64,000 nt of DNA from Mytilus edulis. Its lineage: Eukaryota. The notes beneath the pieces were generated by a model, which saw only the letters and a list, made by a program, of their open reading frames with translations, was not told where the DNA came from and ran no database searches. Location of the stretch: assembly GCF_963676685.1 (NCBI RefSeq), contig NC_092349.1, forward strand, positions 7,316,001 to 7,380,000, given 5' to 3'. Position 1 is the stretch's first letter; every line of letters begins with the position of its first letter. Of this stretch, positions 1 through 11,509 are shown one piece after another. Position numbers and translations under genes: made by a program.

Positions 1-471
1 TTGTAGGTATCTTATTAATTGTCCGTCATCAGCAGATAATGGAATATTTTTTATCCTAATTCTTACTGTGGTTGGGCTTTCTTTCTCTACACATTTTGGG
101 TTTCTTGGGTAAACCTCGATGCGTTTTTTTCGAACTGTGATGGAGCTAACCACAATAGTTTCTCTGTCTTCTTCACTGTCCGGGTATATGAGCCATACCC
201 CTACAATGACTCTCTGAAGTCCGTTTAGATGGTTAGCAGGTATTGTGAGATCAATGCATTTGAATAATTCGGTATGTGTAAGATAATTGTTTTTATCAGG
301 TTTTGAGCTACCGAAAATGTCTGATTCTAAGATGAAAACAGGCTTGACGTTGAAATATTCACCATCAGGTTCTGCATTATCTTTATGAGTGTTGTTGTTA
401 TGTTTAAGTGCCATAGCATAGGAGTCCGCCATTTTTTCACTTGCCGGATTTCCACTATTTTGACCCCTCAT
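1..471 (-). CDS. ORF1 (RRM/gag-like) N-terminus of a Tx1/L1-clade non-LTR retrotransposon, 3'-truncated by the window edge
   Basis: Not in the ORF track because there is no stop in the window. ATG at 471 opens 157 codons: MRGQNSGNPASEKMADSYAMALK...KPVFILESDIFG...GLQRVIVGVWLIYPDSEEDRETIVVSSITVRKKRIEVYPRNP...TVRIRIKNIPLSADDGQLIRYLQ. The SYA-x-A-x-K, GLQR..W.IY and I.IKNIPLS motifs resemble Tx1-type ORF1 proteins. 5' UTR probably extends to about 640. Confidence 0.7.
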   Translation of the reverse strand, partial: MRGQNSGNPASEKMADSYAMALKHNNNTHKDNAEPDGEYFNVKPVFILESDIFGSSKPDKNNYLTHTELFKCIDLTIPANHLNGLQRVIVGVWLIYPDSEEDRETIVVSSITVRKKRIEVYPRNPKCVEKESPTTVRIRIKNIPLSADDGQLIRYLQ

Positions 472-656
472 GGTTGCAAAGTAGAAAAACTATACTGATA
501 AACTGATATTTTCGGGAAAGTTAATTATCGTTTTGTTTGTTGTTGGTATCGATGGAGTGACTCTCACATATGTACATTACTATTAATTGTTGTTGTTTTT
601 CTGGAGCTTGGTAAACCGTGGTCAGCCATTCAAACCGGAAATCATTCATTGCTTTG

Positions 657-853
657 TAAGTAGATCACGCCGTTAGTTTTCTCGTTTGAATTGTTATACA
701 TTTGTTATATCTGGGCCTTTTATTGCTTTCTTGTTGTATTGGTTTTGCTCATTGTTGAAGGCCGTACGGTGACACATAGTTGTAAACATCTATGTCATTT
801 GGTCTCTGGTGGAACTTTGTCTCATTTGCAATCATACCACTTCTTATTTTAAT
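657..853. repeat. Abundant SINE-like interspersed repeat (gaagatgtggtatgattgccaatgagacaac...ggccttcaacaatgagca family)
   Basis: Same sequence recurs at about 27684-27831, 30140-30294, 49612-49750 and 56005-56100, with short pieces at 22920 and 25283. Confidence 0.75.
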
Positions 854-1489
854 ATGGATAAGTATATCATTGTTTAAGGGGGTACCCAACACTATACCCC
901 AAAAAATCCTGTCGTTTAATGTTTCTTAATTTTTTTTCGTTGATAAACTAGGCCAACCTTAATATCTTGTAAAAATTTTAAAAGATTTGAACCATAGTTT
1001 AAAAAGATTTGGCAACTCAAATATGGCATCTTTTACATACTAGTATCGACCAAAATTGAAAGTTTCTAAAATATGGGTATAGGGTTGAATTTGTTAAATT
1101 TTTTAAAATTATATCCTAAATTGACAATAGCATAGCTAATAATGATAGCTGAGGTGAATATTAGTTCACTGATACCCCTTTCTTGTAAGTTTTTTATTCC
1201 GGATTTTAAATTTTGCCAGAACTTAAATAGTGGGTATCAGAAACAGCCTCGAAAAGTGAATGCTGCGCTTCTAGTATTTGAAGAAGAATTGTTTTTTTGG
1301 AAAAAAATTTGTTGTTTAATTTTTATATAAAACTAAGCATTTGGAGTGCTATACTAGTCGGTTGTTCTTGCAAATTTTTTTTAAAATTTAACCGTTAGAT
1401 TTTTTGGTATTTAAGTTTAAATTACGCCCCACCCTCAAATTGGTTCAATAAATAAGAGCAAAATCTATTAAAAAAGTACATAATATGGC

Positions 1490-2175
1490 CAATATTTTTG
1501 TTCGTCTTTTGAACTAGGCCTTAGCTATTTGGCATGTGGATGTATCATCACAGGGTTAAGTGTCTTGAATCATGATGACCTTTATGTGACCTTCAAATGT
1601 GACCTCAAGGTCAACTTTATGGTTTGTTTTGTCGTAAAAACACAACCATGTAGGCCATAACTTCTTTGCCTTTTGACCTAGGCCTTACATCTTTGGCATG
1701 TGGATGTATCATCATGAGTTTGTGTGCCTTCTTAAATTTTTAACCTTGAACTTTGACCTCAAGGACGATAATTGTGTTTTTTGGTAAGAAACACTTGTAC
1801 GAGTCATGACTTTTATGTAGTTATGAATTCATATTTATTTTAAAAAATCATATTACACAAGCTTTAGTCGACCATTATACAACAATATAGACACATTTTA
1901 TGACATGTCAACCCATTCAATGCACACGGAATACATAATGGACATGTAGTCAAATAAAATTGTTTGAAAAGGGAATCGTTTCTATTGAAGCGCAGTGTAC
2001 GTACTTAACTACTCAACAGACAGCAAAGTGAAAACTTCATAGGAATCAAACAATAGGAGGAGTTATGCCAAATAACCATATACCAATAATGGGACGGACG
2101 GAAGGACAGACGGACAGTGGTAAAACAATACCCCCCCCCCCCCCCCCCCCAAGGCTGTCAGGTGCAGGGGCAAAA
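1490..2175. repeat. HINE/DINE-1-like repeat pieces (ttgacct-rich internal repeats, gacg/gaca microsatellite, poly-C tail)
   Basis: Two copies of taggcct..tttggcatgtggatgtatcatca, then gacggacggaaggacagacggacag and C21. Related pieces at about 15120-15370, 49425-49870 and 53850-54270. Confidence 0.5.
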
Positions 2176-4345
2176 AAAGGATGTAACTGATTTTTGATTT
2201 GAGATACAAGCTGTTGAAATTAAAAGCATGACACGCCAAAAATACACATGATACATAGGGAAAAGCTTTAAAGTTGGCAGATGCTTTACATAATCAAGAT
2301 TTTCAATTTATTGGTCTTTTGGCCAGATTAGAAAATATACAAAGAACCACGTCAACCGTTTTGTTCTAAACATTAAGGAACATCACAGATTATTATGATT
2401 GTCTTGCTTTAAAAGGTAAAAAAGACCCAAAAGGATTGAACTTTAACAACTTTCCTATAATGTTCTTTTCATAATCTTCATGTTTGTTATTCCCTTGACT
2501 TATATGCGTGTTTTTAACAACATGGAAAATCAGAATTAAGTAGTATTTATATTAAGTGTTTTATAAATTTAGAAACACGTCAGAGGGAATTCCCCAGTTT
2601 TGATAAAAATGCGAGTGTTCTCTGAATTCCGAGAAACCTATTTCTGTCATATAAGAACTGAAGTGGAGTTTTTCCTATATGTTACCGTTATGAAACTGAT
2701 GTTTGAGATTGTACTTCCATAAAGAAATAGAGAACCATCTAGGTCGTTTAATAAACATTTAATATACGTTCTTGCTCCAGGGTTTGTTTTGGTAATTATG
2801 CGCATGCGTATAGTTTTCTTTACTTCAAGGGGTATAAGATTGAATGGTTGCTCTGGATTCCCCACTCAATTGTTTGATTTATAACTCATTGGATCTTTTC
2901 TATGTATGTCTGCTATTGAGGGTTATTGTTGTTGCATAATTTTAAATCATGTGCATAATTTAAATTAAAATAAATGTAGTTGTTAATAGAACACCCCTTC
3001 AGGCGAAATGGAGTCTTCCATATAATCGTTTCGAGGTGTCTCCCTTCCGGAAGGAACTTCCGTGAATTCTGAATCAAAAACAACACGTCGAAAATTAGCT
3101 CGTCCTGTCGATAAACGTCGTATTATATTAAAAACGATCTCAATTTAAACAGAGGAATGTGTACGGAAAGAAGTCATGATCACTGACCCAAAGGAAATTA
3201 AATATTTAAAGAGTTAGGGATGGGGTTCCTCCTAGAATTAACGTAGGAAAATAGGTGATAAGATACGAAGTGAAATACCATCTCTCACTCTGAGTATCAG
3301 TGCCTGCTGTGGAAAGTAAACTTGGAATTGATAGTACAAAATTAAAACACAATAGGCCTAAGTACATTGTTCATACACTTTTATCCGGGATTGGCTATTT
3401 TGTAACTATTCAGATTACGTTAATAACAGTTTACATGTGCAGTTGAATTAGTTTTGAAAATAATATTATCCAGCTACATGATACAATGGCAATCGTATCC
3501 CTCAGAGCAATCTGCTCTTTGATTAGTTAAAAGCACGACAGTTACTAGTTTCACATTATTTTTGGGGCCCCTTATTATTATAGAGAATGATTACTCTATT
3601 CAGTAATAATCTTGAATAGAGACTTAATAAACATTTTCACTTGTCACTTGCAATAACACCACACTTTCTTTTTTATATTTAATTCAAAATTGCATTTGAT
3701 AAAAAAAAAATCGGAAAAATACACAAACATGACACAAGCACAACAAAAGAAAATAACAAATTTTGCTATCCCTTTGCTATGTGTAGTTTCAGTTTCAACT
3801 ATGATTCTAAATATAGACTTTACTTTCCCTAAAATTGCAGACGGAATAGAAGACACCCGTTAATTTTCTTCACCTGTCAGGATAAAGGTTGGAGAAAAAT
3901 ACTAGAAAGATATAGTTTTTTTTTATTCAGATGAATTAAGAAAGCAAAAATATGTGTCGTGTTTTTGGACTGAATCGGACGTTTTTTTCTTCTTTTTGCC
4001 CGTTTCCGTGACATGTTAATTATAATGATGCACTGGTGGCAATCTAATTCCTCTGGGTATCTTCTAACCTTTTACATGAATATAAATCATGCAATAAAAT
4101 ATTCAATTGCACTTGAAAGAATATGACAGCAATTATAAAATTATAAATTATTCGTAATATTTTTTACATTACTACATGTATTACTACGGCCATAGTGTAT
4201 TTCATTAAAAACTACATGTTTCGTTTAAAAAAAAAGTATTGTGGAGTCAATTCAGTTTAATCAATTTGATAAGAAGATCTACGAACATAAGCATTGTGTA
4301 ATTGTCCAGGGATTCTTATTTATTTGGTTAAAATTTTATTGTCGG

Positions 4346-4830
4346 AGGGATCTACCATTTGAGAGGGGGGGAATAGGAGGGGTCCTGATCCCGAAATCCC
4401 GGCTTAAAAACACGAAATCCCTAAGGTCCCGAATTTAAATAAATTTAAATCCCGACATCCTGAAATTCGAAAAAAAGAAATTCCAGATCTCGAAAGGGTC
4501 AATCCCTAAATCCCAACCTTAAAAACCCTCGATCTCGGAGTCCCGATAAACGTCCTATCCACTCTCATTTGAGGAGCGGGGCTTGGATGAAATTTGAAAA
4601 ATGGCAAGACAGGCTTTTGAAAAAACAAAGGCAGGATCAGTAATTTGGCATAACAAGCAGGATGACAATTTATGAAAAGAATTTCAGTAAACTAATGAAA
4701 ATTGCAGGTCCGTAAAGAATGAAAAATAAAAAATGCAGAACAGTAATGATGATTACAACTATAAAAAAAATATGCAGGACAAAATTTTAAATCCTAGCCC
4801 TCCCCCCTAAAATCAAATGGTAGCATCCTT
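4346..4830. mobile_element. MITE with a second MITE (4363-4566) nested in its left TIR
   Basis: Outer TIR-like ends agggatctaccatttga / tcaaatggtagcatcct. The inner element starts GAG and ends CTC, is made of atcccg(a) repeats, and is flanked by the direct repeat ATTTGA (4357-4362 and 4567-4572). Confidence 0.65.
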
Positions 4831-5339
4831 AGACTTTTGACTTTTTGTACTTCATTTTATTTTATTTAAGACCTAGGCATTGCCAAGTAAAAAACGAAAA
4901 CAGTTATGGTCCTTTCTCTTTCTGTTTCCCTCCTTTTCTAACGTCCTGGTTTTCTTTTGGTAAATTTATTTCACTTTGAAATTTCCCTATTATGTCTCAT
5001 TAAAGATTCATTTATGGAAAATGAGTAACTTTAAATGAATTAAAAGATTATTTAATAAATGAATAACAAAGGGTGTACAGCTGGTCTTAGCAATAATGAT
5101 CATGATCTTTTAAAAGCTTGCATATTGCACATAATTTTAAGACGTAGCAATGAATCAGACTATGAGTAAGAATTATCTTTTCTTAGGTGGTCTGTACACC
5201 CTTAATCAATATTTTTGTTAATTGTGTGTATTCATACTTTTTTGACAATTGGGAGGTATAAAGGAACTGGGACTTCTATAACACAAGTATTACAGAAGTC
5301 TCAAAAGGTAAAAGTTTTTTTAAAAGAAGAGTAACACTG

Positions 5340-6330
5340 TATCATTTTAAAAATGGAACAACTGAATGCATCGAAACTTTTTCAGTCCAATTTAGATAAA
5401 GGCATATGTTCTAAAAAAGTATCACATTGTTTAATTTTAATATGGCGTGCAAAATACAGTTAGGTTAGTTCGACTTTCTTTTTAGTGTTTTAAAGTATTT
5501 CAAAAGGTATGATGTGAGAGGTTCTTTGAAAAGAAGCATTGTGTATTGTATCAGTTTGGAAAAAATGGAGACAACTGAAAGTATCGCAGCTACTTACCAT
5601 TTTCCCTGAAACAAATAGTTCCTCCTCATAACATATTTCCGGGATATGTAAAGTTGTAGGATAATTTTTTTTCCAGATTATTTCGGATAAAAGCATTATC
5701 GCAATAATATTGCGTTGCTTTACCGTTATTTTCTGTGTATTTTGACGTGTTTGTATACGCCCCTGGCAAACGAATTTGAGGGTATATGCTAGGATCAACA
5801 TGTTCAAACGACTGTCTGTTTAGAACTGTTGAGTGTTGACAGTTTATGATGTGAGTAGTTGCAAAGATATATTTAAACAGAAAATGGAGACAACTGACAG
5901 TTTGGTAGCTACTTCCTCTTTCTATGAAACAGTTATTTTCTTTGTATGCAATATTTCTGGGATAAGAAAAAGAGCATTAAATGTAAAATTAGAGGCTAAA
6001 TGTATCAGACTAATTCAGATCAAGGTATAATCTGAGAAAAGACAATATGTTCTTAATGGTGTTTTGTTGAATGTGTTGCATTTTTAAATGTCTTGCAAAC
6101 TATTTGAAGGTATAAATCAGTTTTCCTCCCAATATACATGATATAACACGAAACAATGTTTCGTTTTGAAAAGAAAAGAGACACAACCGAAAACAGCGTA
6201 ACTTCCTCCTTTTCTTTATTTCACTGGCTACATACTTTTCTTCTCTAAAATATTGTCAAGATTAGATTATTGACATGAGAAATTGCAGATTAAAGGTAGA
6301 CCAATATAGACGAAGAATATATGATCTAAT
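5340..6330. repeat. Highly diverged tandem repeat, about 210-320 bp period, 3-4 units
   Basis: Anchor atgga(g)acaactga... at about 5353, 5566, 5884 and 6178; ttaaaggta / atatg.tctaatg motifs recur. Confidence 0.5.
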
Positions 6331-6611
6331 GGAGGAATTGCATTTTTTTAAATTTTAAGTTTTGAAGAAAACATAACAGCTGTTGATCGAATTTCCGATC
6401 AATGAGTACTCACTCTATTTCCAGGATAAAAGTATTGCAATAAAGTTGAACATAACACTCAAATTCAGAAGCAGTAACTTATAGCTTGCCATATATTTCC
6501 GAAAAAAATATTTTCATTGCATATTTCCGACAAGATTATTTTTTTCCCGTCAAACTAAATTTGCAAGCTTCCTCAAGTGAACAAGTGTCTCATAAGAGTC
6601 TGAATAGCTTA

Positions 6612-6821
6612 AGTAGTCAACTTCATACGTATAGATCACTTTTCCCCGCGTGTTTTTAAAAGATGACGTAATAATGCATATTACTGTTATCATGTCATAA
6701 TGCATATTGCTTATTTACTAATTATGTAATAATGCATATTGCATTAATTGCGTAATATTGATAATTGACTTCTTGCGTAATATTGATAATTGACTTATTG
6801 CGTAATAATGCATATTACAAG
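6612..6821 (+). repeat. Polinton left TIR
   Basis: agtagtcaacttcatacgtatagatcacttttccccgcgtg... is the reverse complement, with few mismatches, of 14661-14845. Has an internal duplication of ttgcgtaatattgataattgact. Confidence 0.92.
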
Positions 6822-7304
6822 TTTGATGCAATAATGTATTTTTTTATATGATTAATTGTAATATATGCATTCTGTAGTAAATAAAGACGTGATAATGGGA
6901 TATACGCAATAGTGCTATGTAATGAAATATCATATGCAACTGTAGTGCCAAATAAAAGAAAAGCAGTGCAGCAAATGCTAACGAGCAAAATGGGTGCAAC
7001 ACGTACTTAAAAAAAATTTTAATATGAGAAATTAGCCTATTAATTAGTACATTGTTTACGACTTGTTTTCACTCGACCTTTTTTGTCTTGTTTGCATAAA
7101 GATAATTATATGGCCTTGATATTTATCGATATGAATTTAGATTACCGGGCAAAAAGACAACACTATTTAGAATGGTTTGTGTTATGTTAATGTATTGTTT
7201 TTCTTCTTTCTTGACGTTTCTTAATAATTTTATTTTTGGCTTAAAGGAGAAAAAACAAGTAAATATATATTTTTATTACTATTAAAAGCAACATTCCACT
7301 GACA

Positions 7305-10300
7305 TCACATTCCATAAGGAACTGTTGTATAGTTGTCCTTGAGCACTATTTTATTGAACACGATTCTATAGTCCTTTTCTTCCACACATGTGATGATATC
7401 ACTGGATTTGACGTTTCTTCTAATTTTGTACTCGTCGGTCACTGTTATCGATTTCATTCTTCCCTTAACCATCTCTTTTACTATTTCAAAGTTCAGTTCT
7501 AGTGAATTCTTATAGTTCAACGTGATGCCACGTATTTTACAGCATGTTTGGTTTCCAGCTTTGTCAGGTTTTGTTAATTTGAACGCATAGTTCTTAGGCC
7601 CTCCACTTACAAACACTTCAATTTTATGTTTGGCAGCTCATCAGTCAAATCACCCAAATAATCTCCAATCATCGGTCGCCAATCGCCTGGTTTTGAAGCA
7701 AATATAATTGAATCAGTGTCGCAATAGAGTGATCCTAGGTGTTCAAGGTATTTGTACAACTGTAGTCAAGCTTGAGCCGTAGTGTATGCAGCAATTAGTA
7801 CATTAGTTTTTCCAGATTCTTCAACAAATTTTTCTTTATTTATCCATTGAAGACGAACCATCTCTTCTGATACAAACTAACATCTTTAACTTCCTGTCCT
7901 TCGCTTGTCAGTATGTCAAAATAAGTTGCTGCATCTTTGACATATGTCATCTTTGGTTCAAACGTTGTCCAAATTAACCCCAGAAGCTTGAAAAGAAAAA
8001 AAAAGTAATATTTATTTATCAAATATTTATTAATGTTTATATTTGAAGTATGTGTTTAATTTTGGTGTGTTTTATTTCTAACTTAGTATAAGATATTAAA
8101 TTCTTTACCTATTTAATATCAATTTGGCAATTTGTCGTAAACATGGATTCTCTTTAATGTTTTTCTCGTCCAGCCAGATTCCCTCCTTTTCTAAATAGTT
8201 CTTTATATATGTGTGTTTATCTTGGTCAGTCAAACACCACTCGGGCCAACCACTTGCCTCTTGTTTAATCTTCAAAAACGTATTTACGTATTCTGTGAAG
8301 ATTCCACCTTCTTTGGTATCAGGATTGTACTGTGATACTTCGTCAAAATGCCACACTTTATACATTTCTGTTATTGAATACCCTTTTGATACAGCTGTTT
8401 TTATTTTTACATCATAGTAATCTATTGTATCTCCTTTGGCTTCTATGTAAATTGTAAATGCCTCAGTTCGACCTACATAAAAGTCGTCTCGGGGTTCCAA
8501 TGGATCTTTAATGCCTTGATTTTTAACAAAATTCATCATCTGTTTATAACTGTTTAATTCATTGTCAAACTGGCATTCCCAAATCGATATATACTTATAA
8601 CCATCTCTTTTAAGATATTTCCTCTTGTCCATTGTTCGCAGGAAAAGATCGGCCATGGTGTTACCAGTTACTGGATTTACGGTAGATCTTCCAAAGCATT
8701 TTTCACAACCGTGCCAGAAACAACCATGAAATTCATATACTTCTCGTTCACCCTCTTCTGTTTCCCGACATCCATCTACCAGAAACGAACAAATTTGTTT
8801 CTCGCTTCCATTTCCTGCATGCATAATGTCGATAGTATCTTGTACTGACAAATATTTCAACCATTTCAAAGCTTTGATGGACTGCTTTTGGTCACATCTG
8901 TATCCATTAGGTGGTATAATACCGATACTTTGATGCTCCAAGAAATTTCTTCTAAAAACCAGGTTACATGTCGTGATGCTATCGTGATGCAGCTTTCGAA
9001 AGGGTCGATTCCATCTAAAGCGCCTTTCGTTGTTATATCCATAAAGATCTTTTTGAACTCTAAACAACCTTTTCGTAAAATATCCTCATCAGATCTACAA
9101 TATTTTAACAGTTCTTCTTGGAGTTTGAAAGGATCGTTTTTGTGTTTTTCATACCACTCCATAAATGTGGATCTTTTGTCCCTTGTCATTCCATCTGGAT
9201 TGTAGAACTTCAAATCAGGAAGATTCGGTAGATTTGTATTCGGTAGATTGAGTATTGAACAAGTGTTGGAAGAAACCTTTAACCATTTCCTTAAGACCAA
9301 ATGTTTTAGGAAATGTATCTCATGACATTGGTAGAAAATTAATCGAATCAATAAATCTAATATTGCACTGGGGAACGTCGATTGACATAAACTTGGATCC
9401 TGTAACAATTACCTCTGGCAATATAGCATTTTTGTATAGATATTGCAAGATATGATAGCTATCATAACCTTTAAAGTTGTGACATAGTACTTTTGATTCG
9501 GCAAACAACCAGCGACAAAAGTCGTCTCTTGAAGATTATCCACTAAATATATGTTCATGTTTACCACATGAATCACACTAACTGGTTTTGTCAACGATTG
9601 TGTCTTTGCACAATTCGCATATCTTGTGAGCATACATAAAGTTGGTATGTGCTGTCTAGATCCACACCAAGACTGCTTGCAACTTTTACATGCACATCCT
9701 TCGATGTTTTTTTTCGTACCCCATGTCACACTGTAAGACCTTGTCTTGTGTACATTCATAGTAAAAAAATATGAACGTTTTTGTATATTTCTTCTTTAGT
9801 TGTTCCCCATTTCTCCAAGCTTTGGCGTCATGCTGCACTGTATCTATATTGTCAGAGCATGCTGGTAACATTTACACAATCTTTACATGTCTTGCAATAA
9901 TGTTCACCGCATTATGATCTGTTTTATGTAGTTTTGTATATACAGACTGATTACACTTTCTGCATCTAAAGTTAGTGTAACAGGTTGATTTTCCTGTTGA
10001 AGTTTCCTGCTTATGCATTTTATAACATTTAGCACTTTTAAAGTATCTGTTACAATCATTACAGTATATCCAATCTTCATCAGTAGAGTCATGGGTTTTG
10101 TAACATTGGTGACAGACATTGTTACAGGAGTGATCTGCTTTATGATCGTACCCCTTGTTACATTTTGTGCAAAAAATAATTTTGACTGAGAAAAGCAGGC
10201 ATTGTTGTTATGACGTCAGAATAGTGATCTTGGAGGTAAAGGTAAATTTTCTTTTCTGCAGCTGGTCCTCCATATATTATGGCATTAAAATGCTCTTTAG

Positions 10301-11313
10301 AGACAACATGTATTTTGTAGCCATCTAAAATTCTCTGGAAGGTTTTAATCTCCTCTATTCCACGTCTTCAAAATGGAAAACCAGCTTTATTGTTCAACTC
10401 TTTGGCTAATTCCCCTTGTATTTTTCTGCCAAGTCGGATAGAATTCCATTTTTGTGCCCATCTAATCGAGCTTTAGCAGTGATAATCGCTCTGGCGCAAC
10501 CTAAATCATCATTGTTTTGGATTTGGAGGAAACATCGTTTTTCATTCAATGTCTTTTCTAAGTATTTCTAACATATTTACAACGCTTTCCAATACCACCA
10601 GATGGGAGACTTACATGAATCAGTCCAATTTCAAGCGTTTCATCTGAAACAAATTGTTTGTAGGATTGGAGAACTCGTTCTATTTCTGAGAGTAAGCGTT
10701 CGGTATGCAGTTGTGACAATTGAATAAACGGCAACGAGATTGGAAAGTCCAGTTCTGGAAATTGGACTGACAGTCGAACGAGATCAGTTGGATCCATAAA
10801 CTCTGTTTTTTTAATGATGGAATCGAAAAGCACTTTTAAGCTCTTTAAAATATTAGGAATTCCTCTTATGTCTAAATCTTTGAAGGTAACTTTGTATCGT
10901 GTTGAAGTTGTATTGAATTTTGGCATTCTATGTTCTCCCGTAACTTTTATGGTATACATATCTTTAGAATTATCGTTTGTTAATTTTCTTTAAACGGGTG
11001 GTCCTAATTGTTTTTGTACTTGTCGCTTTTGACCTCTTCCAATCTGACCATGCGTATGCCTATGGTGTAATTCCGGTTCGAAAAAGTGTTGAAAGCATAT
11101 GTTGCAACGATAAACGTTGACTCTGTCGTGTCTCTGTCTATGAGTGTCCAAGTTATCTTTTCTGTAAAAATTCTTATGACAAACATCACAGGAAAATAAG
11201 TCTCTATGCCCAAGTATTCTTTTGTGCTCATCTAATAGACTCCGTTTGGAAAAGACTGCCCCGCAATGCAAACATTCGTACATTTGTGACATCTTCCCTG
11301 ATTGACGATCCAT
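7305..11313 (-). pseudogene. polB: Protein-primed family B DNA polymerase (pPolB) with N-terminal C2H2 fingers, TP/vOTU-like region and internal Vsr-like nuclease domain; several frameshifts and stops, one intron (7987-8108)
   Basis: Fragments: 3 C2H2 fingers (10990-11313), in frame across one TAA with MYTIKV..LLSEIERVLQS; QNNDDLGCARAI; exonuclease FFYYECTQ, HNFKGYD, FIDSINF, KYCRSD; EVYEFHGCFWHGC..IWECQF; motif B spliced as IAKLILN/SFWG*FGQR; motif C LYCDTDSIIF; FVSGGPKNY, KIRGITLN, TVPYG end. Confidence 0.93.
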
Positions 11314-11509
11314 TCTTAAATGATGATTTCCTGTAGATTAAAGGAATATATATAAATGAAATGAATACACAGATCTATAAAACCAATGTGTCTTGATATA
11401 AACTGTCATATGAATGTTTGATTTCAAAGTGGAAAGATGTACCAGTGTCCTTATTGTTTAAAATCCTTTTCCAGAAAAGACAATATGTAAAGACATATAA
11501 AAAATAACC

